Below, piece after piece: positions 15,301-38,399 of a DNA stretch of 64,000 nucleotides. The stretch lies in assembly GCA_964035545.1 (NCBI GenBank), contig OZ037768.1:15917875-15981874 (forward strand), read 5' to 3'. Each line of letters opens with the position of its first letter. Within the stretch, counting starts at the first letter, position 1. The stretch comes from Bugula neritina. Its lineage: Eukaryota; Animalia; Bryozoa. The notes beneath the pieces were generated by a model, which ran no database searches, was not told where the DNA came from, and worked only from the letters and a program-made list of their open reading frames with translations. Both the position numbers and the translations under genes were made by a program.

Positions 15301-15448
15301 CTACAACGACGATGGTGATGCATACTCCCTGACTCATGCTGCCAAAGCTCTTGTTTGCGACACAAACTTTTCCGGTGGTACATATGATGATTTTGAACCG
15401 CATAGTGGACTTTCGACCAAAGAAATTATTCTGGATGAGTTTTTATAA
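308..15448 (+). CDS. Type I cytokine receptor, Domeless/gp130-like (FN3 repeats, one TM helix, Tyr-rich tail); 5' end lies outside the window
   Basis: Phase-consistent GT-AG exons assembled by hand: 308-453, 1547-1725, 4040-4238, 5081-5172, 5312-5519, 7775-7938, 8149-8323, 8513-8691, 9254-9386, 10271-10361 (TM: LIGWILGPIAAAIGIIIISFTAFYI), 10663-10738, 12744-12860, 13136-13252, 13385-13495, 13660-13690, 14598-14734, 15272-15448 (TAA). FN3 motifs LMPATKY and NGEIIEY; degenerate WSxWS (SSLWSEP); Dome-like EPxxGP...GF...RVNIYWK, YTLFWC and YKFGVAV...SGIVWSDC. Confidence 0.8.
4673..4903. mobile_element. Short non-autonomous element (MITE- or Helentron/HINE-like) in a receptor intron
   Basis: Three GTAAAAA(T/C)GG repeats at the left mirror GC(C/T)ATTTTTAC repeats at the right, around a CCTAAA-rich core. 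Family not resolved. Confidence 0.55.
5680..6970. mobile_element. Non-autonomous TIR DNA transposon (Tc1/mariner-pogo-like MITE, ~1.3 kb)
   Basis: Left end AGGGAAGAGTGGGGCTAGTTAAACA is similar to the reverse complement of the right end, AGGGGAGAATGGGGTTAGTTGAACC. GTTGAACCA/TGGTTCAAC motifs recur internally (~5870-5917, ~6570-6610). No transposase seen. Confidence 0.65.
5869..5917 (+). repeat. 21-bp tandem repeat (TTGAACCACCCTGTGTGGAAG, ~2.3 copies) inside the MITE
   Basis: Directly visible; produces the repeated EPPCVEV in spurious ORF 5688..5936. Confidence 0.85.
11417..12370. mobile_element. Non-autonomous TIR DNA transposon with TA target duplication (pogo/Tc1-like MITE)
   Basis: TA|GGGATAACAGGAGGCACAATGGGCCA at the left and TGACCGTTGTTGCCCTGTTACCCC|TA at the right; internal TGGCCCA(T/C)TGTGCC copies at ~11601 and ~11993. 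Confidence 0.6.
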
Positions 15449-18400
15449 CTTGAGATAATGTGATGACTACTAGTTGCTGACAATCATATCAATGGCTGTA
15501 GAAACTTTGTTCAAACAGAATATGATATCTTGTAATATAATATTATACCATACTGTAACAATCTGATAGACATATTACTCCTTTTTATACAAACAGTCTT
15601 TTTGGGACAATTGAAGTGCTTTTTAAAAGAAATGTGTTTAGAGTCTTTAAATACTGTAACAATTTTTACCATCACAGCATAACATACTTTGTTGCTGTTT
15701 AAGTAGACTTGTTGTCTTGTAGCCATGGTAGCTTGGGTGTCTCCATGGTAACCCATTCATCAGCGAAACGCCTCTGTTCTCACCACATTACTTGAGTAGT
15801 GATCTTGTTGCCTCTAATATTATTGTTAAACGACAAGCCCTTTTCTTTACAGTTGAAGCTTTTCATGTTGATGCTGAAGTAGCATTACTTTTGCTAATGT
15901 CCCAATACTTTTACTGGTGTACTGGTTTATTAAATAACCGTTTCTAAAAATCTTGTAATATTTTATACCGTACTTTTTATACAAAAATATAATAAATGCA
16001 CCACATAACATGGTTCATAGTATAAAGCCCGCATGCACATAAGCATAACTACATGCATTTTTGTACCAGCATTGCATGTATATGAAATGGCATCAATACT
16101 ACATGCATTTAATAATCTATGCAATGAGTAACAGTATTTCTAATCTATTTTTACTTTACCATGCTATATATTGGCCTGTTTTTATTGCACAAAATATCCT
16201 TTACCATTATAAAATAAACTTACTGCATGCTTACTATTTACATATAAAACACCATAATATAATATAATATTAGTCTCCCGTTACTGCAGGCATAATCAAT
16301 AGTAATCTATTATGAATATTTTTGCACTTGTTTTCAGTTATACTATTAAAAATTTACATGACTTTATATTATATGAGAATATTGCAATGTTGAGTGAAAA
16401 GATGTGAGTTTAACACACAATTTAATGTATGTGAATTAGGAGTTCTCTATTCTAAGGATTGCATTAGTCAGTAGATAATACATAGTTGTTTCTAAATCAT
16501 GTTATTCTATATGAAAATAAAATATATAGGTAAAATATTGGGGACACAAAATTAAAGTAACTTTCGACACCAAACTACACTGACATGTTCAGAAACAATT
16601 AATTTCTCTAGAATGTTCATGAAAAAATAAACATGAATGTCATTTTATAAAAAGCATTACAAGAACATAAGATTTATAAGAAATTCTAAAACTTGCTTTG
16701 AGTTAAAATAAATGCTTATATTTGAAACTAAATTTTTCAAAACACCAACTTTCTGTTAGTTAGAATTAATGCTTGACACCATTATAGACACCTGCAATGA
16801 TGTTTTTTAAATCAAATGTGAATATAGGGATATAATATATAATAGCTATAATATATGTATGATAGAAATATAATTATAATATACAATCACAATATACAGT
16901 ATGTAGTATATGCTAGCAATACAATATACATTAGCAACATAATATGCAATGATAGCATATAGTGTATGATGATATGCTAGCAGTATAATATGTATATATG
17001 CTGGCAATAAAATATTATATATACATCACTTAAGAAAAGTTTTACCAATACAATTGCATGATAATACATCTATATGCATTTTAGAGTACGCAGATCAAGT
17101 GTTTGAAGGTGCAGACATAGGACTATTAACATAAGCATATGCAGCCACCATAGTGACAGGGTATGTGGTGGTGAGTTATAGATAGCTAGTATCTTTCAAC
17201 TGGTTAATCGTCTTCTCTTGGAAATCATTTATTTCAGCAGCTACTCAATTTAAAGCCATTCCGGAGCAATGGTGTATTTTCCAACTTGAAGCTTATAGGG
17301 CTGAATCAACTTATAATTTTAACCAGCAGTGAAATAAATCATGTATATAATAATTAAAAATAATTCATATGATGTATAATAAATACACTTGATGCAACAA
17401 AAACTTTACTGAGAATGTGGCTCTTTATAAATCTGTATAAGGCATTTGACAATAGGTAGTGTCTGCGTCTATAATGACTTATTGTGGATAAAAACATATA
17501 TCATATGAATTATTTGTTAGCACTCGTGTATGTATAAAGCCATAATTAAGTAAAATTCTTTCAAAAGTAGACCAACTGCCTCTAACCTGCTTTGTGCACA
17601 AAACTCTACATACAGGTTCAATTGTTATGATTTATATTAGAAATACTAGTTCAGCTATATTTTTCTCTTTGAATAATTAAATAAATGATCATCAGTACTA
17701 CATAGTATCCATTTAAAAATAATTACTCAAACTTGCTTCATGTCAGACAAGAAGACTTTACAAGAGTGTAACTCTAAAGTTAAGGTTTTATTTGTTTAAG
17801 TTGCTTGAAATTGAATAATAAACCGTTTCTTTTCAATGTAGGTATATTTGTATATTCAGTATACTCACATTAAATATGAGGGGTGTTAGGTGCAGTTTTA
17901 TATAACTGATAGAAAGAAGAATTTCAGCTTTCAGTTTTAACATTTTACTAATAAACTATATTACAGCTATTAACAAGATTCATAGAAAACATGCTTGGAA
18001 AATAATCACAGATATACATATTTTGATACATTTATAGATGTTTTAATCACATTATAATTAACTTATTATGTATGCATTATTAAATGCAGCATACATCATA
18101 AATGTTGTAATTATGAATCAAAACATCAACATGCTTAATTTGTAGCAAACACATGACAAAATAACATAACTATAGGTAAAATATTTTAAACATGTACAGG
18201 GTTTACATAGCATATAGATGAAAAATGAATGAGTTTTAAATCATATGCTCAGACTGTAGTATTACGGGTCTGCAGTGATTAGAGTTATGATATCATGATT
18301 TTTAGTGCAGCTGGAAAGCTCTGTGATGGCTGTAAACTGAATGCACAGGTGAAAAGCTGAGGACTTATAGTTCTAGTGTAAACTTAGTAAGTTGGGCTCA

Positions 18401-19140
18401 TCTTACACAGACATTTAGCATCTAAAGCATTAGTAATTTGAAATGTTCTTATAATACCAATTGACTGCAGAATTCCGTATAGTACAGAAATTTTATATGC
18501 CCACCTAAAATAGAACGTGCAAATACAGCGTTGTTAAAAAATAACCAATCTAGCATTATGTAGTTTAAACTTCGTGTGTAAAAATATTGCTTTCAAATAA
18601 TTGCAGTGTGTCTGAAAATGCTAATACTCTCGAAAACCCAATCACAAAAATTTATAAACTTGAGCAATTGTATAATATAATGTATCACAATTCAGTTTCA
18701 TTTTGCTATAAGTTACATAAATCTTCATATTAAAAATGTAGGCTGAAAGCTTCGAGTAGATGATACAATATTTATACTACAAGGTTGTAATTGTGACAAC
18801 AATGTGAATAGTTGAGTGACAAGTGTATTGTTTTAATATTAATGCAGTTGTAAAGCAAAACTTTGTAACAGAAAATGAGCCAAGGACAAAAAGATACACA
18901 GATAGAATGCTGTTGAACAAAAAAAGGAAGAAGCAAAAAGTACCGATGTATGCATATCACAGATTAGGTCTTCTGCCAGGCAACCAAGCATGTGGGACTG
19001 CATTTCACACAGTGATGTGACTGTCTGGTGGTGGCTAGATTTCTTAGCAGCATTAGTTCTGGATTTGCCTTAAATAATGATACTGCAGTTCTACCTATAG
19101 CTAGTTTATGGGGAATTTAAGCTACTCTTTAAATCTTAGC

Positions 19141-19350
19141 AGTATCAAAGCAAATGACAAGCAATTTTTGCAGCATTGACTGCAAAGTTTGGCCACCTTG
19201 CTTCCATAGTTCTGTAGGCATACTATTAATTCCAGCAGCTTTTCCTATTTCAACGGATTGGTGACTTTTACAGTTTCTTCCATTTGTTGCGAGTGAGTCC
19301 AAGTGTCATTGCACGGAGCTTTGGGATATGTTGAGAATGGCTTCATCGCG
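19141..19350 (-). mobile_element. Fragment of a decayed RTE-type non-LTR retrotransposon (N-terminal RT region)
   Basis: Frameshifted minus-strand translation DEAILNISQ...LDSLAT/MEETVKV...LK/GKAAGINSMPTELWKQGGQTLQSMLQKLL matches the LINE motif EEVxKAIxxLKxGKAxGxDGIPxELWKxGG. Confidence 0.7.
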
Positions 19351-22022
19351 CTTAATAATATAATACTAAAATTAATAACAGGCCACGCAGTCCATTCTCC
19401 ATAGTATATTTTATTGCCGACGTCTCATTGGATATGCACCTAAATACAAACGCAACCTTTGACCCACACGGATGGTCGCACAAGTACATCACCCTATGCA
19501 TTCAACAGTGTATGAATAACGCTCGCCCTATTTCACGCAGCCGTCATCCCTAATTTGTGCCGACTAGTAAGCAAGCCATTGTGTTTTTCTTACATAATTT
19601 ATAGCTCAAGTTAAGAAACCTTAACGGACGAGGTTAGTAGGCAAATATTGCTATTTATTTTGCATCAAATATTCATATAAATAGTTTTCTGTGCTTTTGA
19701 ATGTTCAATTTTTCAAATGGTTAATTTACTTTTAGTCTTAATCTTATGTTTATGCTCTCATTCTAACGTGGGCTATGTGAACACTGCTCAGTGATTGAGC
19801 TTGATATTTAGACTGTATTGAAATCAGGACAATCGCAGTGTTTTGTTTGAGTTCCTAACATAATGGTAGTGATACTGATAAAACAACTATGATAGAAACA
19901 TAAGGGTTGGAGCAGGCAATAGCAGTGTAAACTTAAAGTAGACTCGGCCCCACACTTTTATGTTCTAAAATGTGGTGAATACTGGTTGCATAGGAAAAGT
20001 CTTATATAAGCGTGTGTTAACAGGTAACTCTTCCCATCTTGTAAACCTAAGCTAAAAATATACCTGCAGTATGAGTACGTGATGTCAGGATGTGAACCTG
20101 CAGTGGGGGAATTATTATTATATAATCATAAAAAGTATGTATAGTTTATTGAAAAGGTAAAGGTTGATTCTATGTACAGAGTGTTTTAGTTGACATATGA
20201 CTAACTACAGTTGACTAGTTACTATCAGAACACTTGAGTTACGTTATCTTGACGTCAGTTGCTAGTCATTTTAACACATGTAAAGGCCATTGTTGCTAAT
20301 GTTAACATTTTGTCAAAACATCACGTCTCTTTATTGGAATTATTATACAGAAAAACACTTATAGAAGTTACACATTAGGTTGAATTATTTGATAATAGGT
20401 GTGTTACAACTTGCACTACTTATTGATACCTACATCAACTTGGATAGAAATAAGAGTTGGCACTAGTTACTAAAATTATTGTATCTACTAAAGTAAAGCT
20501 AAAGGTACCAAAAGCAACTGAAAGGTGAGGATTTCATTCTAAGTTCACACAGTGCAGTAGATGGTAATACTGCAGAAGCTTCCCTTTAGATAAATTTATC
20601 TCACCCACTGTGCTACTTATCAAGATTCACCATCAAGTCATACAGGCATATTAGTGATAAGCAGCAGTGCCCGGCTCGGTCTATATTATAACTAGTTACT
20701 AGTATAAGATAGGATCACAATCATGATAATATTGCACATTAATACTGCAGTTTTAGACCATACTGCTGGTATGCACAGCTCATTAGGCAAGTTGACCTAT
20801 TTACTCGAGTTACTTTATTAGCTGGTTATTGCCTAGAATGAGGCTACTCTGCTCAACAAGTTTAAGTTACCATCAACCAAGAATATCAGATAATTTTAAG
20901 CATTTCCTGCAATAAAGTAAATTCAGTTTATTAAACGTATCACTATCCTGACTCATGGTGAGGGGATGGGACATATTCATCTTCCTGTCTGCCAAACCAA
21001 TACCCACCAATGTTTCAAATAAAGCTATGTCAAAACTGCTATAGTGACACATAAATTGTATGCAGTAGGGCGGTGCAACTGGTGACTAATACCATCCTTA
21101 GTGATGATGAGCAGTCATATGATGAACCACTGGACTGTTGCTCAACAACACATTCATGTAGTTGAGATAACATATTAGCATATCCATAGTCACTGCCCTA
21201 ATCTACTAGATACTATTGTACTACCCATACTAAATGCAAACACTATTATAACTGTTGGCATTGGTGGTACTTACACTTACACAAACCAATTTATAGAAGA
21301 TAATGTTATTCTGCTGTACTGGACTGTGAAGTATTTAATTTGTAAACTGTGTTGACGCAGTCATAAAAACTGGTGAGCATTGGTTAGCATATTCTTATTC
21401 TATAACAAATAGTTCATATTTCACTCTTCAAGTATTCTTGAATTTTGGTTTAATTTTTGTCAATTCTAAGACTCAAGAAATGAGCTGCAAGCATTGAGAA
21501 GTCTACCGAATATCTGTGTAAGGAGTTGCCTTATAGATAAGAATGAAGTGCACAATTATTCTAGCAAACTCAGCTCATTATTCCATGGTCTGTGCATGTG
21601 TACATCATAGTCATGTAATGAGTTTACTAGCTCCGGATTTACACAATAATTTATATATAAATATATCTTTACAGCTAGCAATTTAATTATGAATAGGTAT
21701 ACGAGAAACATTTTGCTTTTGTTACTTTATTAATCAAAGTAAACTGATATTTCGGACACTACTGTGTCCATCTTCAAAGTAGTACAATGAATGAGCGAAA
21801 ATTCAAAGTCTCAACATTACGTTAAAACTCTATGCATGGCATAAAGTACAATATTTCCAGGTGCTTCAAAAGTTGTACTGCTGTATTGTATGCTTGGTGA
21901 ATCAAAAGACTTCAATTTTTTATCAGTTGATAGCAGTCTACAAGCTTGATTTCAAGACAGTTGATTTTATTTAGATGTAACAATGTTGAAATTTTGGGAA
22001 TTTCTTTGTAGAGTGATTTAAG

Positions 22023-22256
22023 ATGGGTAAAGGAGGTGCCAACCTATGTCCAGGACTACTGTGGTCGATTTTGTGGTTTATTGCCCTACTCCTGGCTTGG
22101 TGGTTTGCTTTCATCATGGCATGGTTCTATGTCTTCTTTATACCATTTACTGTCTGTATATCTCCATGTAAAGATATATGTGAAGCTCTGTTGAAACTAG
22201 TGCAACTACCTCTAACCTGCGCGGAGAACATGGTAGCCATGAAAGCCATGTGCTGA
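22023..22256 (+). CDS. 77-aa small hydrophobic, Cys-rich membrane protein of unknown function
   Basis: Intact ORF with a good start context (AAGATGG). Acceptor TTTCTTTGTAG ends at 22011; candidate 5'UTR donor GAG|GTTAGT at ~19632; AATAAA at 22717. About 35 hydrophobic residues followed by an amphipathic Cys-containing helix. Confidence 0.8.
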   Translation: MGKGGANLCPGLLWSILWFIALLLAWWFAFIMAWFYVFFIPFTVCISPCKDICEALLKLVQLPLTCAENMVAMKAMC

Positions 22257-25200
22257 TAACTTCATCAAGTCCATGTATCAATCCTGATTTATAGAATGTT
22301 ATATGCAATTAATCCCACACCACAAGTCTCTATCTATTAACTGTACATTCAGTTGGACAATTTGACAGGATAATGTAGTTTGTCTTATGAAATGTCTATG
22401 AAAGGCAATCTTTATCAATCCCTAATAATACATTTGACTTGTACACTTTTTAGTTTAATTTATGCATGCAGTTGTGATTAAATATTAGATTTTTATATGA
22501 GACATGAAAGCAATATATTTATGAACTTTTTCATACATGCTGTTTGATGTAATTTTCTGTTTGATGTAATTTTGATTGTTCGCCCTGTGGAATTGACCGG
22601 TTTGTGATTTTATATGGTCTAATTACATCATTTATTGTTTCACTATGTTTCCTGTACAATGTTATATTGAAAAAAAACTTTTAAAATTGTTTTAGCTATT
22701 TTTATCAAATTTACAAAATAAAACATTGCTGCATTAAGGTGTGTTAAATGTTCAAGTATGCTGTGTTCTAATTTGCTGACTACTAGCTTAAACAAAACTA
22801 CTTCGATTAAAGATGTTTTCCTAGTTTATTGATAAACTCCAACCAAACATTTTAAGCATACAGTTTCAATCAAAGTAGCAATCTCAACTGCTGCAATAAA
22901 ACAACTTCTTTTCTCTATAGTTTTGCACTCCAGTGGAATGAATGTAAACTCTAGCCAAGATAAATATTTGAATATTAGTCATTGTCATGCTAGATTAGTC
23001 ATCCATGGTTATCCAGTACTAAATGAACAAAAACTTCCTCTTGAACAAATGCTATAAATTAAACTTTGTTTCTAAATGAGCTACTTTATTTCACAATGTG
23101 TCAAAAGAATGTAATATGTAAATGTATATAATTCTACATATTATGTTCAACACACTTAGTAAATAGCACACAGTTGATACAATTTCAATAACTACTGTGG
23201 TGAGATACAAGCTAAATAGACAGTTTCAGACTATATACATTTGAACAAATGAGCTAGTTGCTAGAGCTTTATGCATTAGCTGTACTGGTATCTAAACTAA
23301 TCTGGGACAGAACCTGTATGAAAACAAACTGGCATCACATAGCTTAGCTGAGGTTCCTAAATGCTAGAATTCTGGCTAAAACAAGCCTTATTTGACATTG
23401 TTAAGCTGGAGATTTCTACGATCATTGTTTACAGTTTACACAAAGCTAGAAGCTTGCCATCAGAAGTGGTAATGGCAAAAATTATTTTTATTCTGTAATC
23501 ATTTAGTATATTATGTCATTTCCAGGTAACATTCCCAGTATAGCCAGGGGTATTTTAACACTAAATTCCACCAATAGTGCAAAATTGCAATTGCTACAAC
23601 TGTCAGCCCTAAACTTTTGGTACAGCAAGAGTGATATTTGTTGAAAAAACATTCAAGTGCATTCAAAATAATTTGCTTGTCTATTGGTTTATTGAGGGAG
23701 CTGAAATAAGTTTTAATGGTATGAGTGCATCAACTTTGCAACAATTAGAAAATAGAAGCACTAAAACGCAGAAGTTTTTTCCAAGTTCCCTGTGGGCCAT
23801 AAAATGATAACAGAAGTGTGCTGCACCATTGGAATATATTTTATTTATAGCTATTGATGTTGTAGGAACTAGAATTATGACCGTTCAATAATACAACACA
23901 CGCCATACTGTAGGGTGTAGGCTATAGGTATCTTTACCTTCTTTATAGTGATGCAACTATACTTGCTAGTTTTTATATTTATTATTTAAATGCGGTTTTC
24001 AAAGTCGTACAAAGATCACATTGATTTATTATAAATGATCACATTAATTAATTGTTTATCAATAATGTTTCAAAATAGAATGACAATCAACACAAAAGTT
24101 ATTACAATATTTCCTGAATTGTCTAATAAATATCAATGTTGATATTTGTTTTTTATGTCACATGAAAGTATAAAAAACTAAACTATTACTTTTCCCGTTG
24201 ACTAACTAATCTGGTAGTGACCAGCAGGAAAATATATTAGTATAATTATCTCCCAAACTAGAGATCAGAATACTTTTTCAGACTTACCATTTGCCAAGCA
24301 TAAGATAAGTTTAACTCTGCATGAACTACTCAAGTAGTTTCTGCCCATCACCTGCAATCTGTTGGCATGACCAGACCACAAAACTCTAACATTCTCGATT
24401 TTTAGCCATTTTTCCTGTCCAATTCAGTAAATGATGTTTGCATTGTGGTGTCTTTAAATCTAAATATGGACAGCTTTTGATTGCTGTTGATTGGGTTCCC
24501 TTAATTGAGGGCAGGTAATTTGTTTGGCAAGCACCGTCCTTTCTACATAACAGCCATATCAAAATTTATTCAGCAATGAGGATTTATCCTTCCATGAGAT
24601 GCCATGGTGTTGATAAGTTTGCAGCCTTGGACAGCTCATACCTCATTGTCATACTGCAGCAAAGCAGCTACGACTATAGTCTGTTAACACTTTAGTTATC
24701 AGACTAATGTCTTGTCCAAGAGTTTTCGTACAGGACAGGGTTTCAATGTCTATAGTTTAACATTGTCAGCTACAGTAGTCAGAAGTGAAGTAAGTAATAT
24801 AAGGTTCCACACTCCATTGAGGACATTTGCTTGCCCTACCCTGCCACAAAACTCTAGAGGCAAATATACTCTGCTTTTCCAATGCTGGTTTTTAAAAACG
24901 CCAATTTTTACTAAATTAGAAAGAAGCAATGTGAAGTGGCATATTTTCTCAGTAGACTTTTCTTTTGTTAGACACTTTTTGAACCCACAGCTTTAATGCA
25001 GTGGATCTCTAAACAAGAATTAAGCAGGAATTACATTCTCTTGAAAATTTCAGCACTTACTCCAAACTTAAAATCAGACAGAAAACTGAAGAACTAGGGC
25101 TCTAGAAATGTCTTTGTTACTGCACATACATGTACATGTACGTACATGCTTGGATAATACTTTTGGGTTGGTACCCCCATTTAAGTGATAAGATAGTACA

Positions 25201-26192
25201 TGGGAGATAATTTCACCAGTTTTGTGAGACAAGAATGCATATCTCCACATGAAAGCTTTACAATGTAATTATATAAAATCTACACTTCAAAAATCAAACA
25301 TTTCACTAGTCTGCATTATTCTACTAGAGATAGAGCCTGTTTCTTATAGCTGCTTCAATTATAATTTCTATTATGTATATTATATCATGCCTTTTAAACC
25401 TTTGTTGAAACCAAGCCTATATAAAGGGTCAGGTTAATAAATTAGGTCACATATGGATTGGGTTTATACAAAAATAATTGCCAGTCACTAAAAATATTGC
25501 CTCATTAAATACGATTACAATATATTTTTAGTTCATTCAGCCTTTATGGAGGCAAAAAGCTAATTAAAAACCTGTGCATGTTTTACTTTTCCGATCCGAT
25601 TCGAATTCTGAACACTGAGAAAATGAGAATTCAACTATTACAATTTTATTTGAAGTGACTAGATAGATACATGATAAAGAGCTTGTCTAGCTACAACTTA
25701 TGTACAAAACATAGAAAAACTTAGGAGGTTCTGCATAATTATAGAACCTGAAGTGAAAATGCTGGATATACAAATGAGTGACATGGAGTTAAATAAAGTG
25801 ATAAAAACAAGTAGGGAAAGTATAGCATTTTAATACAGTAAGTAATACTAAATCGGACTACTAAATGATGATTTACTAAGAAAAAGATACTTGAAATCAT
25901 TTTATAGAATAATACCAGAGAATCGAAGAGATAAATTGAAAGTTACATAAGATACTGTTACAGAGTTTGTTACACATTTCATTAAGACAGTATCATTTAT
26001 AAATGCAGTAGGTGGTACATCAAAGGGCTTTAAAAAAACTCTGATAACAACTCAACTTTACAAATTATTAATTTGCCTACATGTATTAAAACCCAGCCTA
26101 TAATGAGTACTATAAATGTGTATATTAATAAAACTTGTAACATAATTGAAAAGTTATCATTGCTAACTTGTATGCTTCATTTTATGCCATAA

Positions 26193-35862
<9,670 letters not shown>

Positions 35863-38399
35863 AGTTCATAGACATAACTGGAAAGGTTAATTGATGATAC
35901 TAGCAACTTCCGAAGGATGCCACTTTTCACAAATAAGCTTCTTGTAATTAAAAACCCTGAAAAAGAAAGGCAAGTTACTTAAACTTATTGTTTCAACAAT
36001 GGTCTTTTACGAGCAACAGCAATTTTTATATTAAAGCATTAGATCGTTTTTATCCCATCAATACATGTACGTAAGTTAAATTTTGATAATTGAGACAAAC
36101 ACAGTATTCTTGAAACATAGTGAAACATAAGATGAAAACATAAACTATTGATTACTTCATCTTAAATTGGGAACTTTTTAATTACAAAAATAATGTTTTC
36201 ATACTATATTTTAAAAGCATCTAATAAATATTATGGAAACGTAACAGTTATGAACATTTCTTGGACAAAAAAAAGGTGAGGTGTATTCATTGAGGAAGTT
36301 GTATCTTATGAGTAACAAGAACTCTAAACAAATCTTGAATTATAGAAATTATACACTTGGGACTATTTTTTCACAAGGTACTTGACTTATCTGTACAGTT
36401 TATTTTTAGCATAAGTAGTTGGGATGGCAATAAACAAATTAAATGTAAATTTTATGCTGTGCCAATAAATGAGCTACAGTGCAGGGCTGATATCAGAGGT
36501 ATAGTTAACACACGTGCTGAATCGAGTACCAAATTGGAACTAGGTTGCTACATGAGAAACTAGTTAACTTTGAAGATTATGAAATTGACAGATCAGCTCT
36601 GCATGTATTGGCAATGTAAAGAACTATAAATCCAAAACTAATTATTTATTATTTAGCAAAAGTTTTGTTTTCCCTTAAAAATAAAGTAAAAATTAAATTA
36701 TGGTCAAGTTAAATTATCTAAAATGACCTTAGTAACCAAATAGCATCAGTGTTGATCATGCCTATTTTAATTCTTGTTGACTTGAGTACTAGCCATCTTT
36801 GGATTTGATCTAAGCACTGGCTTGCACTCCTTATCGACTTGACTCAACTTAAAATGCTGAACGCAGTTGCTAGTCTTCGAAATTAAGAAAACTCACAATT
36901 AATTGAACAAATATATCATGCATTAACTACAGATAAATTTGCTAAATAACAGTTCAACAATGTTGGAATAAAAAATCAATTACAGCTTCTATGTTACAGA
37001 GAAAATTAAAGGGTGGGGTAATAATGCGGTGTTTCAATGGTGTTATAGCGGCCATTTTTCCATTGATTTTTCGTTAAATTTTAGTACTGACAAACCTCAA
37101 TTTCCAAATAATTAGAATCAAAGACTGTTTTAATTAAATTGAGTAGAGTCGACTTAAAGTCACGTTATTAAATTCCAATTATAGTCATAGTGAATGTCAA
37201 CCTGATTATTTTTTATTTATATCAATCAACTATTTTTAATTTTCTTACCTTTAGTTTCACACACTGGTAGTGATACTTAATCTTATAAATATTTAGCATT
37301 ACTCCCTTACAGCTACTTATACTCATAATGATAGTTATAGTGATAGTAACTTCACCATGATTGTCATTATGATAATTATAATAATTAAAATGAGAATTAA
37401 AATTAAAAGATTATTAAATTATGTAAGTCAAACTCAAAGTGAATCTTTCACATTAATTATAATACTACTTATTTACCATCACTATGACTACCAATTATTA
37501 ATATTATTATCAATTTTAGTGATTGACTGAATGCAATAAATGATTATAAGTCATCATAATAGTAATAATAATAATTATAGTAAATAAGTAATATGTATTA
37601 GAGTACTACTATTACCACCACTGCTAGTGTATTACTATTAGACTTAGTAATACTAATAGTATTAGATTGAGCTATTGTTACTGTTAGTCATGGTGCAAGC
37701 CATTCAGTGATTCTCATGTGATTGGTCGACATTGCGAGCTTAACAATTGGTATCATTCAAAATCACTTCGACTTCGAGTAAATTATTACCAAATCCAATG
37801 AGTAGCTCATAGTGAGTTACTGTCAGTCATTTGACTCATTGCGATTGTGAATTAGAAAATGATTACGATAAGGATTATCACTCTGATTATGATATTAATT
37901 TTATAATTATTATAACCATAATCATAATGATGATAATCGTAATACTAATCACTTTAGACTAATGACTAATGATAAATATGATTATTATGGCTATACTTAA
38001 TCTTATATTTAAGTTTATATAAATATAAGCAATAATTCAATAATTAAATTCAATTATTTAATGAATTGATTATGATTATCATTATGATTATGATTATCAA
38101 ATTCAATGATTATCATTATGATAGGCTACCGATAGTAATATTAGTAGTATTAATACTAACTATTTAATACCTTGAAATTGATAATCATAATGATAGTGCG
38201 AAGTCCAATCACTACAATCACAATGTGACATTAAATTTAATAAAATTAAATTATAAGTATAATATTAATAATAATAATAATAATATAAACTAAAATAATA
38301 TTTATATAAAATTAAATTTGATTCAAATTGAAATTAGACTTGGTATTGTCGTCAACTTTTGAGCAACTGCAAATATTATCGCAGGGTAACCGGGCAAAT

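Noticed and set aside
15700-15943. Minus-strand pseudo-exon after the receptor gene
   Set aside because: No single frame stays coherent and no recognisable homology.
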